Assembly (NCBI GenBank): GCA_035063585.1
Contig: JAPSGB010000056.1
Coordinates: forward strand, 1 to 24,874
From: Polyangiaceae bacterium
GTDB lineage: Bacteria; Myxococcota_A; Polyangia; Polyangiales; Polyangiaceae
Direction of reading: 5' to 3'
Length of the DNA stretch: 24,874 nucleotides
A model generated the notes under the pieces. That model was given only the letters and a program-made list of their open reading frames with translations, was not told the DNA's origin and searched no databases. Each line of letters begins with the position of its first letter. The stretch's first letter is position 1. Of this stretch, positions 12,431 to 21,742 are shown in pieces. The translations under genes were made by a program, and so were the position numbers.

Positions 12431-12604
12431 CACGGATGGGAGCCTATGCGACGGGCTCGCCGCGCGCCAGGAGCCCGGCTCGCCTCCGAAGTTCGACATC
12501 CTCGACGACGGACCCTGCCGAGAGCCGCGCGAAGTGCCGGCGCGGCCGGCGGCGCGGAGCGCCCGAGCGGCCACTTTTCCCACAGCGAAATGTCGAAGCG
12601 ATAC

Positions 12605-12681
<77 letters not shown>

Positions 12682-12862
12682 GAAGCGGTCGGAGGCGGTT
12701 TCTAGCACAAGGGGCCGGCGAGTCGACAAGAGAAATGCGGCAGCTCCGGGGGGTTGTCGGTCCGGCGCGGAACCGCGCCGGGCGTGCGCGCGCGGCGGCA
12801 GGCTTCCGGCCCGCGTCGCAAGGAAGTTGCCCGACTCGCGCGGCCTCGGGTCTTGCTCGGGG

Positions 12863-13642
12863 ATGCGCCGCGCCGCGCTCGCGCTCTGTCTCCCGCTGGC
12901 TCTCGCGGCCTGCGACGCGCTCAGTCGCCGGGCGGGCTCGGCCGAGCCGCTCGCGCGCGCCGTGCGGTCGCCCGCCGCGCCCGCGGCGAGCCCCACCGAT
13001 GCTCGCGTCGCCGGCGCGCGCGCGGAGCGGCTCGCCGCGCGGCTCCGCGAGGGGCTCGGTCGTCGCTTCCCGTTGCCGCGCAAGCTCGACGACGAGCGCT
13101 GCGACGACGCTCGGCTGCGCGCCGCGGGCTCGGGCGACGCGCTCGAGCTCGCGCTCACCGCGGTGGACGAGCGCCCCGGCGCGAAGAACGTCCTACCGCT
13201 CGTGGTCACCCGCGCGCTCATCGCGCCGGAGCCGGCCGAGCTCGCGCTCGCGCTGGAGGGAATCGCTCCCGAGCGCGCGCCCGGCGAGGCGCTCGGCGAG
13301 GCCGAGTGGCTCGAGCGGCGTCGCTACCTCGGCGTCTACCACGTGCTCGACTTCGGGCTGCCGCGACGATTCCACCGCCCCGAGCGCCGGCATGCCGAGT
13401 GGGACGCCGGGCGGCTCGACGCGCTCTTCGTCATCCACGACGCGGCGAGCGGCGCGCCGCTCTGCCAGAGCCGGCTCACGGTCCACGGGGACGCCACCGG
13501 CGCGCCGCTCGCGGTGCGGCTCCGCTCGGACGTGCGAGATCGGCTCACGCGCGCGCTCGGCGCGGAGCTCCGCCGGCGGACGCCCGCGGCGCTCGCGGGC
13601 ATGAGCGGCGCGCTCCGGCTGCGCGAGGCGGCGGCTCAGTAG
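12863..13642 (+). CDS. Hypothetical lipoprotein
   Basis: MRRAALALCLPLALAAC signal and lipobox, GC3 bias. The stop overlaps the convergent gene by 7 nt. Confidence 0.7.
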   Translation: MRRAALALCLPLALAACDALSRRAGSAEPLARAVRSPAAPAASPTDARVAGARAERLAARLREGLGRRFPLPRKLDDERCDDARLRAAGSGDALELALTAVDERPGAKNVLPLVVTRALIAPEPAELALALEGIAPERAPGEALGEAEWLERRRYLGVYHVLDFGLPRRFHRPERRHAEWDAGRLDALFVIHDAASGAPLCQSRLTVHGDATGAPLAVRLRSDVRDRLTRALGAELRRRTPAALAGMSGALRLREAAAQ

Positions 13643-14367
13643 AGCTGCACGCGCGTGCCGAGCGAGCGCGGCGCGCCCCCGAACGCGGGCACCGTCGTCT
13701 GGTCGATCTTCTCGAGGATGCAGCGCGCGGTCGGCGTGCCGACGTACGCGCCGCTATTTACGCGCGAGCTCGCGACGCGGCCGTCGTTTCCGAAGGTGAC
13801 CACCACCGCCACCGCGCCGGGCGGCGCGCCTCCCTGGCGGCAGCGCGCGGCGGCCGCGCCGCTCGCGGCGAGCGCCTTCAGGGCGGCGAGCTTGTCGAAC
13901 TCGCCGCCGGCCGCGGCGCTCGCGGTCTCCGCCGGCGCGGCCGCGGCGCTCGGCGCGGCGCTCGCGACCTCCGCCGGCGCGGCCGCGGCGCTCGGCGCGG
14001 CGCTGGTGACCTCCGCGGGGATCGACTCGGCGCTCGCGGGAGGCGGAGCTTCGGGCGCGGGCTCGCTCGGCGGCGCCTCGGCGCTCTCGCTCTCGCCCGG
14101 AGCGGGGTTCCCCTCTCCGAGCGCCGCCGGCGCGGGCGCGGCGACGCCGTGCGCGGCGGGCGGCGGCAAGCGGTTCGGCTGCGGTTCGGCCTCGGCGATG
14201 GCCGGCTCCTCCGGCGTCGCGCGGGGCGGCGGCGCGTCGCCGCGCCCGGCGGTCGCCCAGGCGAGGAGCCCCGCGATGCCCACTACCAGGATGAACGAGA
14301 GCCCCAGATCCGAGCCGGCTCTGCTCGAGCCGTGCGCGTGCCGAGCCTGATGGTCGTCGTGTGCCAT
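13636..14367 (-). CDS. Membrane-anchored Pro/Ala-rich protein with a TonB C-terminal/AgmX-PglI C-terminal-like domain
   Basis: AAGGAG SD, TM segment LGLSFILVVGIAGLLAWA, P/A/E/S stalk, and C-terminal C...VVVTFGNDGRV...GTPTARCI...VPAFGG. Confidence 0.7.
   Translation of the reverse strand: MAHDDHQARHAHGSSRAGSDLGLSFILVVGIAGLLAWATAGRGDAPPPRATPEEPAIAEAEPQPNRLPPPAAHGVAAPAPAALGEGNPAPGESESAEAPPSEPAPEAPPPASAESIPAEVTSAAPSAAAAPAEVASAAPSAAAAPAETASAAAGGEFDKLAALKALAASGAAAARCRQGGAPPGAVAVVVTFGNDGRVASSRVNSGAYVGTPTARCILEKIDQTTVPAFGGAPRSLGTRVQLY
13927..14016. repeat. 42-bp coding tandem repeat (two copies plus flanks) encoding SAAPSAAAAPAEV/T
   Basis: ctccgccggcgcggccgcggcgctcggcgcggcgct... at 13927-13968 and 13969-14010. 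Confidence 0.85.
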
Positions 14368-14554
14368 GCCGTGCTCCTTCGAGCGTGATGCTGCCGCGTT
14401 CGGCCGTGAGAGGGAACCCCCGCGTGCGCCCGGGCGTCCGGGGCGCGCCGCCGGCCGCGCCGGCAGCGGCACCCCATCCTCGCGTCGAGCCTCGGCGGTC
14501 GCGCGGGGCGGGGCAGGGAGCCCGGAACGACGAGCGCCGCCGCCGGCCCCGGAC

Positions 14555-15463
14555 TCAGGGCGGCTCGATGGGCGCCGCGAGCGCCGGATGGGCCGGCAGC
14601 GGAGCGCCCGACTCGGCGGGAGCGGGGACGCGGTTTCGCGTGAGCACGTGCGCGGGCGGAGTGCGAAGCTCGCGCGCCACACCGAGGAGCGCGAGCGCGC
14701 GGAGGACGTAATAGGTGACGTCGATTTCCCACCAGAAGAAGCCCTGGTTCGCGGTCGACTGGTAGTAGTGGTGGTTGTTGTGCCAGCCCTCGCCGAGGGT
14801 GATGAGCGCGAGGAGCAGCGAGTTGCGGCTCGTGTCGGTGGTCGCGTAGCGGCGGCGGCCGAACACGTGCGAGAGCGAGTTGATGGTGAAGGTGCCGTGG
14901 TAGAGGAGCACCGTCGAGAGGAAGAACCCCGCGAGGAGCGCGCTCGCGCCCCCGGCGAGATACACCGCGGCCGCGAGCGCGACGGGCGGCACCAGGTGGT
15001 GGCGGTCGAGCCAGCGGAGCTCGGGGTACTTCGCGAAGTCCTTGATGCGCTCGATCGGAGTGCGATCATACTTCTCGCAGAGGAACCAGTTCATGTGGCT
15101 CCACCAGAAGCCGCGCTTCGGAGAGTGGATGTCTTCGGGGCCGTCGGAGTACTTGTGATGGTGGCGGTGGTGCCCGGCCCACCAGAGCGCGCCCTTCTGC
15201 GCCGCGGTGCCGCCGCCGAAGGCCATCACGAGCTGCGCGGCGCGCCCGAGCTTGTAGGCGTGATGGGAGAAGTAGCGGTGGTAGCCGGCGGTGATGAAGA
15301 ACATCCGCGCCACGTAGAGCCCGGCGCAGAGCAGGAGATCCGCGGCACGTACCCCCGTCCAGAAGAGCCCGAGGGGCGCGAGATGGATGAGGATGAAGGG
15401 GACGGAGCGCGCCCAGGCGACCCGCTCGTCCGCCGCGCGGGCGTACCTCTCGGCTTGCAGCAT
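14555..15463 (-). CDS. Acyl-CoA/acyl-lipid delta-9-type fatty acid desaturase
   Basis: Three His boxes (HRYFSH, HRHHH, HNNHH), plus GEGWHNNHH, GFWWSH and hydrophobic segments. Confidence 0.93.
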   Translation of the reverse strand: MLQAERYARAADERVAWARSVPFILIHLAPLGLFWTGVRAADLLLCAGLYVARMFFITAGYHRYFSHHAYKLGRAAQLVMAFGGGTAAQKGALWWAGHHRHHHKYSDGPEDIHSPKRGFWWSHMNWFLCEKYDRTPIERIKDFAKYPELRWLDRHHLVPPVALAAAVYLAGGASALLAGFFLSTVLLYHGTFTINSLSHVFGRRRYATTDTSRNSLLLALITLGEGWHNNHHYYQSTANQGFFWWEIDVTYYVLRALALLGVARELRTPPAHVLTRNRVPAPAESGAPLPAHPALAAPIEPP

Positions 15464-15573
15464 TTGGAATTCATAGAATATTTCTCGTCACGGTTCGGTC
15501 AGCCGCGGGTCAGCTCTCGGCCTTGGCGGGGGTCCGGCCGGTTTTCGGGAACTTCCTACCCGGGCGGGTGTCG

Positions 15574-16182
15574 ATGGACGGAATGCGGCTCGATCGGGAA
15601 CTGAGGCACCTCGATCTCTATGTCCTCCTCGGCGTCGCGCCGAGCGCTACGCGCGAGGAGCTCCGCCGGGCGTATCGCCGCAAGGTGCTCGCCACCCACC
15701 CCGACCTCGAGCGCGCCGAGCCCCACGAGGCCGAGCGGCGGATGGCCGCGCTCAACGTCGCGGCCGGCGTGCTGCTCGATCCGGAGCGCCGCGCGGCGTA
15801 CGACCGCCTCCGCGGCGAGCCGCACGGCGCACGGCGCGTGGCGGCGAGCGCGCCCTTCGGTGGCGCGCGGTCCGGCGGCGCGCGGTCCGGCGGCGCGCCC
15901 TTCGGCGGCGGCGGCGACGGCGAGTGGAGTGAGCCGCTCCGCGCGCGCGCGTGGGCGCGAGCGGTCCCGGAGGCGCGGGAGCTCCTCTGGCGGCTCCGTC
16001 CCTGGCCGGCGCGCGCCGCCGAGCGGCTGTCGTCCGCCATCGCCGCGTGGTCACCGCGACGGCACGCGGCGGTGATGGCGGTCTCGGTGGTGATGGCGGC
16101 TGGGCTGATCGCCGAGGCGCGGCCGGTGCTCCTCGTCCAGCTGTTCACGCCCGCGCCGGCGAGCTACGCTTCGTCCCGTTGA
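15574..16182 (+). CDS. J-domain (DnaJ class III) protein with a C-terminal TM helix
   Basis: DLYVLLGV...LRRAYRR...THPD...LLDPERRAAYD, a G/F-like linker and a C-terminal hydrophobic stretch. Start at 15574 or 15583. Confidence 0.85.
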   Translation: MDGMRLDRELRHLDLYVLLGVAPSATREELRRAYRRKVLATHPDLERAEPHEAERRMAALNVAAGVLLDPERRAAYDRLRGEPHGARRVAASAPFGGARSGGARSGGAPFGGGGDGEWSEPLRARAWARAVPEARELLWRLRPWPARAAERLSSAIAAWSPRRHAAVMAVSVVMAAGLIAEARPVLLVQLFTPAPASYASSR

Positions 16183-16252
16183 CCTCATGGCCGTCGCCCG
16201 CGGGGGGCGCTCACGCTCGGCGCGTGAGCGCGCGCGCGCGCCGAGGAAGGTG

Positions 16253-16981
16253 ATGACGGCCATGCGAGAAGAAGCGGTCGAGCTCATCCTGGGTAGCCCC
16301 ACGGCCAGCGCCGTGGTGTGTTGCGAGCACGCCTCGGAGCGGCTCCCGAGCCCGTGGCAGTGGCCCGAGGAGGACGCGTGGCTCCGCGGCACGCACTGGT
16401 CGTACGATCTCGGCGCCGCCGAGCTCGCGCGCGAGGTGGCCGCCGCGCTCGGCGCGCCCGCGGTGCTCTCCCGATTCAGCAGGCTCTTGATCGATCCGAA
16501 CCGCGACGAGGCGAACGACGAGCTCTTCCGCGCCCGCGCCGAGGGGCGAAAGGTCGCCTTGAACGCGGGCATCGACGCGGGCGAGCGCGAGCGCCGCCTG
16601 GCGTACTATCGCGCTTACCATGAGGTGCTAGGCTCCGAGATCGCTCGCTCGCGTGCGCCGATCATCCTCAGCATGCACTCGTTTACGCCCGTGTACGAGG
16701 GGCGCGTGCGCGAGGTCGAGGTCGGGGTCATCTTCGACACGGAAGAGGTGCTGGCCGCGCGGGCGGCGGAGGCGCTCGCGCGCGCGGGCTTCGTCGTCCG
16801 CATGAACGAGCCCTACTCGGGACGCGAGGGGCTCATCTACTCCGCCGAGCGTCACGCGCGCGAGCAGGGCCGGCGCGCGCTCGAGCTCGAGGTCCGCCAA
16901 GATCTCTCGGTGCTTCCCGAGGCGCGCGCGCGAGTGGTCGCCGCGGTCGCCGAGGTGCTCGCGGGCGAGTCCGGCGGTTAG
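16253..16981 (+). CDS. N-formylglutamate amidohydrolase family protein
   Basis: CEHAS, YDLGA, FSRLLIDPNR, YHE, SMHSFTP, NEPYSG and LEVRQDL motifs. SD GAGGAAGG. Confidence 0.9.
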   Translation: MTAMREEAVELILGSPTASAVVCCEHASERLPSPWQWPEEDAWLRGTHWSYDLGAAELAREVAAALGAPAVLSRFSRLLIDPNRDEANDELFRARAEGRKVALNAGIDAGERERRLAYYRAYHEVLGSEIARSRAPIILSMHSFTPVYEGRVREVEVGVIFDTEEVLAARAAEALARAGFVVRMNEPYSGREGLIYSAERHAREQGRRALELEVRQDLSVLPEARARVVAAVAEVLAGESGG

Positions 16982-17020
16982 CTCGGGTGCCGGTCCGGCG
17001 CGGCCGGCGTCCCTCCGCGA

Positions 17021-19348
17021 CTAGACGCGGCGCCGCCGCCGCGCCGCCCCGGCGGCGAGGCCGAGCGCGAGGGTGAGGGCCGCGCTCCCGCGCTCGCGCC
17101 CGCGCCCCGCGGCGCGGCAGCCGCAGCTCCCGCCCGCGCTGCTCTCCGCGCTGGGCATGGTGGTCCCACCGCCGCCTCGCCCGGCCGCGCCCGCGGTACC
17201 GGCGGCTCCGGCGTCTTGCCAGTCCGAGCCGCCGTCGGCGGCCGCGCCGCCCGCGCCGCCGCAGCCGTCGTCCGCGACGCCCGAGCAGTCGTCGTCGAGG
17301 CCGTTGCCGCAGAGCTCGACCGCGCGGCACGCGGGCCCCGCGGCGCGGAAGGTCGAAAACTGCGAGAGCGCGCCCCAGCCGTTGGCGTCCGACCAGGCGG
17401 GGCCGGTCACTTGCGGCGCGAAGCCGGCGGCACCGTCGGCGAGCCAGCAGTAGGCCCCGGCGCTCGCGCGCGCGCAGAGATCGGCGCGCCCGTCGTCGTT
17501 CACGTCGGCGAACCGGATGGTCGAGTAGAAGCGGAGCGCGTCCCAGCCGTTGTCATTGCTGAGCAGGCCGGTGGAGGCCTCCGCGTCGAACCCGCTCCCG
17601 TTCCACCGGGCGCAGGTGACGCCCGCGGCGGCGCGCGCGCACGCGTCGCGGTCGCCGTCGCCGTCGAGGTCGGCAAAGCGCAGGGTCGAATAGTATTGGT
17701 GCCGGGACCACCCCTTCGCGTCGGACCACTCGGGCCCGGCGATCTCGTCGCCGAAGCCGGTACCCGTCGACAGGTGACACACGAGCCCCTTCGCCGCCCG
17801 CGCGCAGAGGTCCGCGCGCCCGTCGCCGTCGACGTCGACCAGACGGATGGTGCTCCAGTACGGGAGCGCGCCCCAGCCGCTCGCGTCGCTCCAGCCGGGC
17901 CCCGCGAGCGCTGGGCCGAAGCCGGTGCCCGTCGAGGGCCAGCAGGTGATGCCAGCCGCGCTCCGCGCGCAGAGATCCGCCTTGCCGTCACCGTTGACGT
18001 CGCCCATGCGGAGGGTGCCGTAATATTCCGGCTCGCCGTAGTCCGCGTCGGTCATCGCGTCGAGCGTCACCGCCGCGCCGAAGCCCGCGCCGGTCGAGGG
18101 GTAGCAGCGAAAATCCCTGGACGAGCGCGCGCAGAGGTCGTCCTTCCCGTCGCCGTCGAGGTCGGCGAGGCGGAAGGTGCCGTAGTACCCGGGGGCGCTC
18201 CAGCCGTCTTCGTCGGAGAGCGCCGGCCCGGCGAGCTGGGTGGGGAAGCCCTTGCCGTCCGAGAGGTAGCAGAGCACGCCGGCGTTCGCGCGGACGCAGA
18301 GGTCGGCCTTCCCATCGCCGTTCAGATCGCCCATCCGGAGGGTGGCGTAGTTCGAGGCGTCCGCCCAGCCGTTCGCGTCGGAGAGCCGCGGGCCCTCGAG
18401 GGGCGTCGCGAACGACGCTCCGGTCGAGAGCGCGCAGGAGACACCGTCCGCGCCGCGGGCGCACAGATCGGCGCGTCCGTCGCCGTCGACGTCGGTGGTG
18501 GTGCTCGAGTCGTGCGCGTCGCCGAAGATGGCCGACTCCTCGAAGCTCCGATCGCACGAGCCGGGCTCGCCACCGCCGGCGATGAGGATCCCGAGGTGGT
18601 TGCCGACCACTCGCTCGCTGCCATCGGACGGGCGGTTCACCACGCCGCGGGTGCCGAGGTACATGGTGCTCGAGCCGCCGCCGTCGAGGTTCAGGGCGTC
18701 CCACGCGCCGAGCTCCTTCATGAGCGCGCCCATCTCGGTGCACCTCATTCCCACCGCGGTCGAGGTCCGCCCGTCGATGACGGCGAGGATGAGCGTGCGG
18801 TGATCCTTCGAGAGCCCCGCCACCGTGCGCGGGTGCCGGGTCACGCAGAAGTCGCCCGAGTCCGATCCGATGGGCACGCCCGCGGTGAGCACCTGCAGGT
18901 TGCCGCCCACCACGTCGCGCATCCACGCGGGCGGCGGATCGACCACCTCGGCCGGCGGCGAGAGGTGGAGCCGCTCGAGCCCGAACGCCAGGAAGCCGTG
19001 TCCCCCGGTGTCTCTCGTGTCCGCCCAGCGCGAGCCGTTGCCGATCGCGAGGCCGGAGGTGGCGTAATTGTTTTGCCACGAGAAGAAATCCGCGTTCACC
19101 GCGAGCTTGGCGCCCACCAGCTTCGCGAACGACGAGGTCGACCGCGTGCGCTCGCTCGAGGCGGTGGCGCGCACGCTGACGCCGGCGGCGCAGAGATCGA
19201 TCTGCGCGGCGACGATGTGTCGCGGATAGCTCGTGGTGCGCTCGAGGTACCGGAGCCCCGGATACGGCGTGGTCCAGGTGTCACCCGCGCGCGCGAGCGA
19301 CACGCTGAGCATGAGCGCCGCGGTCGCGGCGAGGGCGGCGGGTCGCAT
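17021..19348 (-). CDS. Secreted phosphodiester glycosidase (NAGPA family) with seven FG-GAP/VCBS-like repeats, a MopE-like Cys/Asp motif and a MYXO-CTERM-like anchor
   Basis: Signal peptide; AVNADFF, RHPRT, DGR and LNLDGGGSS; seven D-x-[DN]-[GD]-D-G-x-x-D-x-C-x-R repeats; ELCGNGLDDDCSG; GSCGCR...hydrophobic...RRRRR tail. Confidence 0.88.
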   Translation of the reverse strand: MRPAALAATAALMLSVSLARAGDTWTTPYPGLRYLERTTSYPRHIVAAQIDLCAAGVSVRATASSERTRSTSSFAKLVGAKLAVNADFFSWQNNYATSGLAIGNGSRWADTRDTGGHGFLAFGLERLHLSPPAEVVDPPPAWMRDVVGGNLQVLTAGVPIGSDSGDFCVTRHPRTVAGLSKDHRTLILAVIDGRTSTAVGMRCTEMGALMKELGAWDALNLDGGGSSTMYLGTRGVVNRPSDGSERVVGNHLGILIAGGGEPGSCDRSFEESAIFGDAHDSSTTTDVDGDGRADLCARGADGVSCALSTGASFATPLEGPRLSDANGWADASNYATLRMGDLNGDGKADLCVRANAGVLCYLSDGKGFPTQLAGPALSDEDGWSAPGYYGTFRLADLDGDGKDDLCARSSRDFRCYPSTGAGFGAAVTLDAMTDADYGEPEYYGTLRMGDVNGDGKADLCARSAAGITCWPSTGTGFGPALAGPGWSDASGWGALPYWSTIRLVDVDGDGRADLCARAAKGLVCHLSTGTGFGDEIAGPEWSDAKGWSRHQYYSTLRFADLDGDGDRDACARAAAGVTCARWNGSGFDAEASTGLLSNDNGWDALRFYSTIRFADVNDDGRADLCARASAGAYCWLADGAAGFAPQVTGPAWSDANGWGALSQFSTFRAAGPACRAVELCGNGLDDDCSGVADDGCGGAGGAAADGGSDWQDAGAAGTAGAAGRGGGGTTMPSAESSAGGSCGCRAAGRGRERGSAALTLALGLAAGAARRRRRV

Positions 19349-19408
19349 GAGGGCCTGAGCTTACGCCGATCTCCGCCCGGCCGAAACGCTCCGCGCCCGT
19401 CCGCGCGG

Positions 19409-20752
19409 CTACTTTGCCGGGCCGGCGCCGGCCGCTCCGTAATCGAGCGTCTGCTTCCAGACCCGAAAGAGGTTCCCGGAGAGGATCTTCTCGAGATCCG
19501 CCTCCGAGCGGCCGCGTTCGAGGAGGACGCGGATGAGGTTCGGGTACTTCGAGACGTCCTCGAGCCCGACCGGCAGGGTGTCGCCGAGCCCGTCGAAATC
19601 CGAGCCGAGCCCGACGTGCTCGACGCCGGCGATTTCAATCACGTGTTCGATGTGACGGGCCACCTGCTCCACCGTCGCGCGCCGGTGCGGATGTGTCCTC
19701 GCGAACTCCTCCTTCAGCGCGCGCTCCTCCGGGCTCCCCGGGCGCGCGCCCCGCTCGGCGAGGAACGCGCGCCGCTCCTTCACGAGCCGATCGTCGTCCT
19801 TCTGGATCTCGCCGTCGACGAAGCCCGAGCCGAAGTTGATCATGATGATGCCGCCGGCCTTCGCGAGCGCGCGGATCATGTCGTCGCTCATGTTGCGAGC
19901 GAAGCCGGGCGTGAACGCCCGGCACGACGAGTGCGAAGCGATGACCGGCACCGCGCTCGCCTTCAGCACCCCCCAGAAGGCCTCGTCGGAGAGGTGCGAC
20001 ACGTCGACCAGGACGCCGACGCGGTTCATCTCCTTCACCACCTCGACCCCGAGCTTCGAGAGCCCCCGGTTCTTCCTCCGCCAGTCGTAGGAGGAGTCGG
20101 CGAGCTGGTTGTCGCGCGCGTGGGCGAGGGTGATGTAGCGGACGCCGCGGTCGTAGAAATGGCGGACGTTCGCCAGCTCCCGCTCGACGGGCGAGCCGTT
20201 CTCGAGGCCGAGCAGGAGCGTCATCTTGCCGGCCGCGAAGTTCTTCCGGACCTCCTCCGGGCTGCCGGCGCGCGCGAACTTGTCGGGGGCGCGCTCGAAG
20301 AGCGCGTCGACCAGATCGAGCAGCTGGTTCGCGTATCGTTTCGCGCCGCCGCCGTCGTAGCGCGAGGGGACGTAGATGCTGAAGAAGGGCGCGTCGAGCC
20401 CGCCGGCGCGCGCGCGTGGGTAATCGAAGTCTCCGCGCTCGGTCGCCTGGGTGACGTCCTCGGTGAGGTTCCCCTTCGCGTCGCGGCCCTCGTCGAGCCG
20501 CTCGGGGACGTCGATGTGGCCGTCGACGATGATGAGGCGGTGCGCGAGCTCGCGCGCGCGCGCCTCCGGGGTCTGGGGTTGGCTCGGCGCGGGGGCGGCG
20601 GGGGCCGGCGGCGCGGCGGAGGGCGCCGGGCTCACGGCGAGGCTCGGCGCGGTCGCGGTCGGTGCGAGCGGCCTCGGCGGCGGCTCGGGCGCTCCGCCAT
20701 GCGAGCAGCCAGCCAGGGCGAGCGAGGAGCAGAGGAGCACGAAGCGTGTCAC
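19409..20752 (-). CDS. Membrane dipeptidase (peptidase M19), lipoprotein
   Basis: Lipobox LAGC, DGHID, GLENG, DVSHLS, ASHSS and GLGSDFDG. Confidence 0.93.
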   Translation of the reverse strand: MTRFVLLCSSLALAGCSHGGAPEPPPRPLAPTATAPSLAVSPAPSAAPPAPAAPAPSQPQTPEARARELAHRLIIVDGHIDVPERLDEGRDAKGNLTEDVTQATERGDFDYPRARAGGLDAPFFSIYVPSRYDGGGAKRYANQLLDLVDALFERAPDKFARAGSPEEVRKNFAAGKMTLLLGLENGSPVERELANVRHFYDRGVRYITLAHARDNQLADSSYDWRRKNRGLSKLGVEVVKEMNRVGVLVDVSHLSDEAFWGVLKASAVPVIASHSSCRAFTPGFARNMSDDMIRALAKAGGIIMINFGSGFVDGEIQKDDDRLVKERRAFLAERGARPGSPEERALKEEFARTHPHRRATVEQVARHIEHVIEIAGVEHVGLGSDFDGLGDTLPVGLEDVSKYPNLIRVLLERGRSEADLEKILSGNLFRVWKQTLDYGAAGAGPAK

Positions 20753-20804
20753 CCGGGTGAGCTTCGCACGAATCGCGCGCTCCCGCGCCCTCCGGCGCGC
20801 GCGC

Positions 20805-21629
20805 TCAGCGACAGAGCTTGGCGAGCGCGCCGATGAAGCTCGCCTGGGCCGCGCCGGCGCCTGAATCGAAGAGCCCGAGCGAGCCCTCCTGCGAGCGTCC
20901 CGGGGCGGTGGAAGCGATGCGCTCGGCGCGGAGCGCGCGGGCCGCCTCGGTGAGCTCGCGTTCCTCGCGCTCGCGGGCGCGCGTGAGCCCGCCGCGCTCG
21001 ACGAAGGCGAGCACCTCGCCGAGCTCCCCCGGATCGAACCACACGCCGTGCTCCTTGCACACGTCGACCACCACGCCCGAGATCCGCCCGAACGCCTGGC
21101 GGTTCATGCTCTTCTGGCACTCGGGGCAGCGGATGTAGCGCACGCTCGCCTCGCGGTTCAGCGGGCGCGAGGGGAGCGCGAGGCGGAGGCCGGTGGCGGC
21201 GTCCCGCGCGGTAACGATGCGATCGATGGTGCGCGGGCTCACCATGAACCCACCGCAGGCGTCGCATTCGTCGACGTCGAGCTCCTGGTATCTCCGCGCG
21301 GAGAGCGAGCCGCCACAGCGCGGGCAGGCGAGCCCCCGCGACTCGGCGCCCAGCTCCGCGCTGCCGAGCGCCTCGCCGCACGCCTGGCAGTGTCGAGCGC
21401 CCGCGAGGTTCCACGCGAAGCAGTGGGAGCACCGCGCGGTGGCCATCGTCGAGCGGCAGAAGGGGCACGCGCGCGCGCCGATGGCGAGCGGCCCGCCGCA
21501 GGAAGGGCAGGTGACCCGACCCGCCTCGACGCTCGGCGGCGGGCACGAGCAGGCGAGCTCACCGGAAGCGACGCCGCGCCCGTCGTCCACCACGCCTCCG
21601 CAACCGAGGCATACGAGCGGGTCGGCCAT
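20805..21629 (-). CDS. Multi-zinc-ribbon protein (double zinc ribbon plus two zf-TFIIB-like domains)
   Basis: CLGC, CPSC, CPFC, CSHC, CQAC, CPRC...DECDACGG and CPEC...VDVCKEHGVWFDPGEL. Confidence 0.85.
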   Translation of the reverse strand: MADPLVCLGCGGVVDDGRGVASGELACSCPPPSVEAGRVTCPSCGGPLAIGARACPFCRSTMATARCSHCFAWNLAGARHCQACGEALGSAELGAESRGLACPRCGGSLSARRYQELDVDECDACGGFMVSPRTIDRIVTARDAATGLRLALPSRPLNREASVRYIRCPECQKSMNRQAFGRISGVVVDVCKEHGVWFDPGELGEVLAFVERGGLTRAREREERELTEAARALRAERIASTAPGRSQEGSLGLFDSGAGAAQASFIGALAKLCR

Positions 21630-21742
21630 CGAGGTCCCGAGTCTAGGATATCCCGCCGAGAGAGGCGAACCGGCGACGGGCCTCGCGCTCACGCGCGCTC
21701 CGCGAGCCGGCGCGGGGAGGCGGTCTGGACGAGGGCCGCGAA

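Noticed and set aside
17216..20836. 1206-aa plus-strand ORF, and other long antisense ORFs (2608-4206, 5335-6837, 6680-8008, 9261-10637, 21048-22691)
   Set aside because: Shadow frames of real genes in high-GC DNA with few stop codons; no recognisable motifs.
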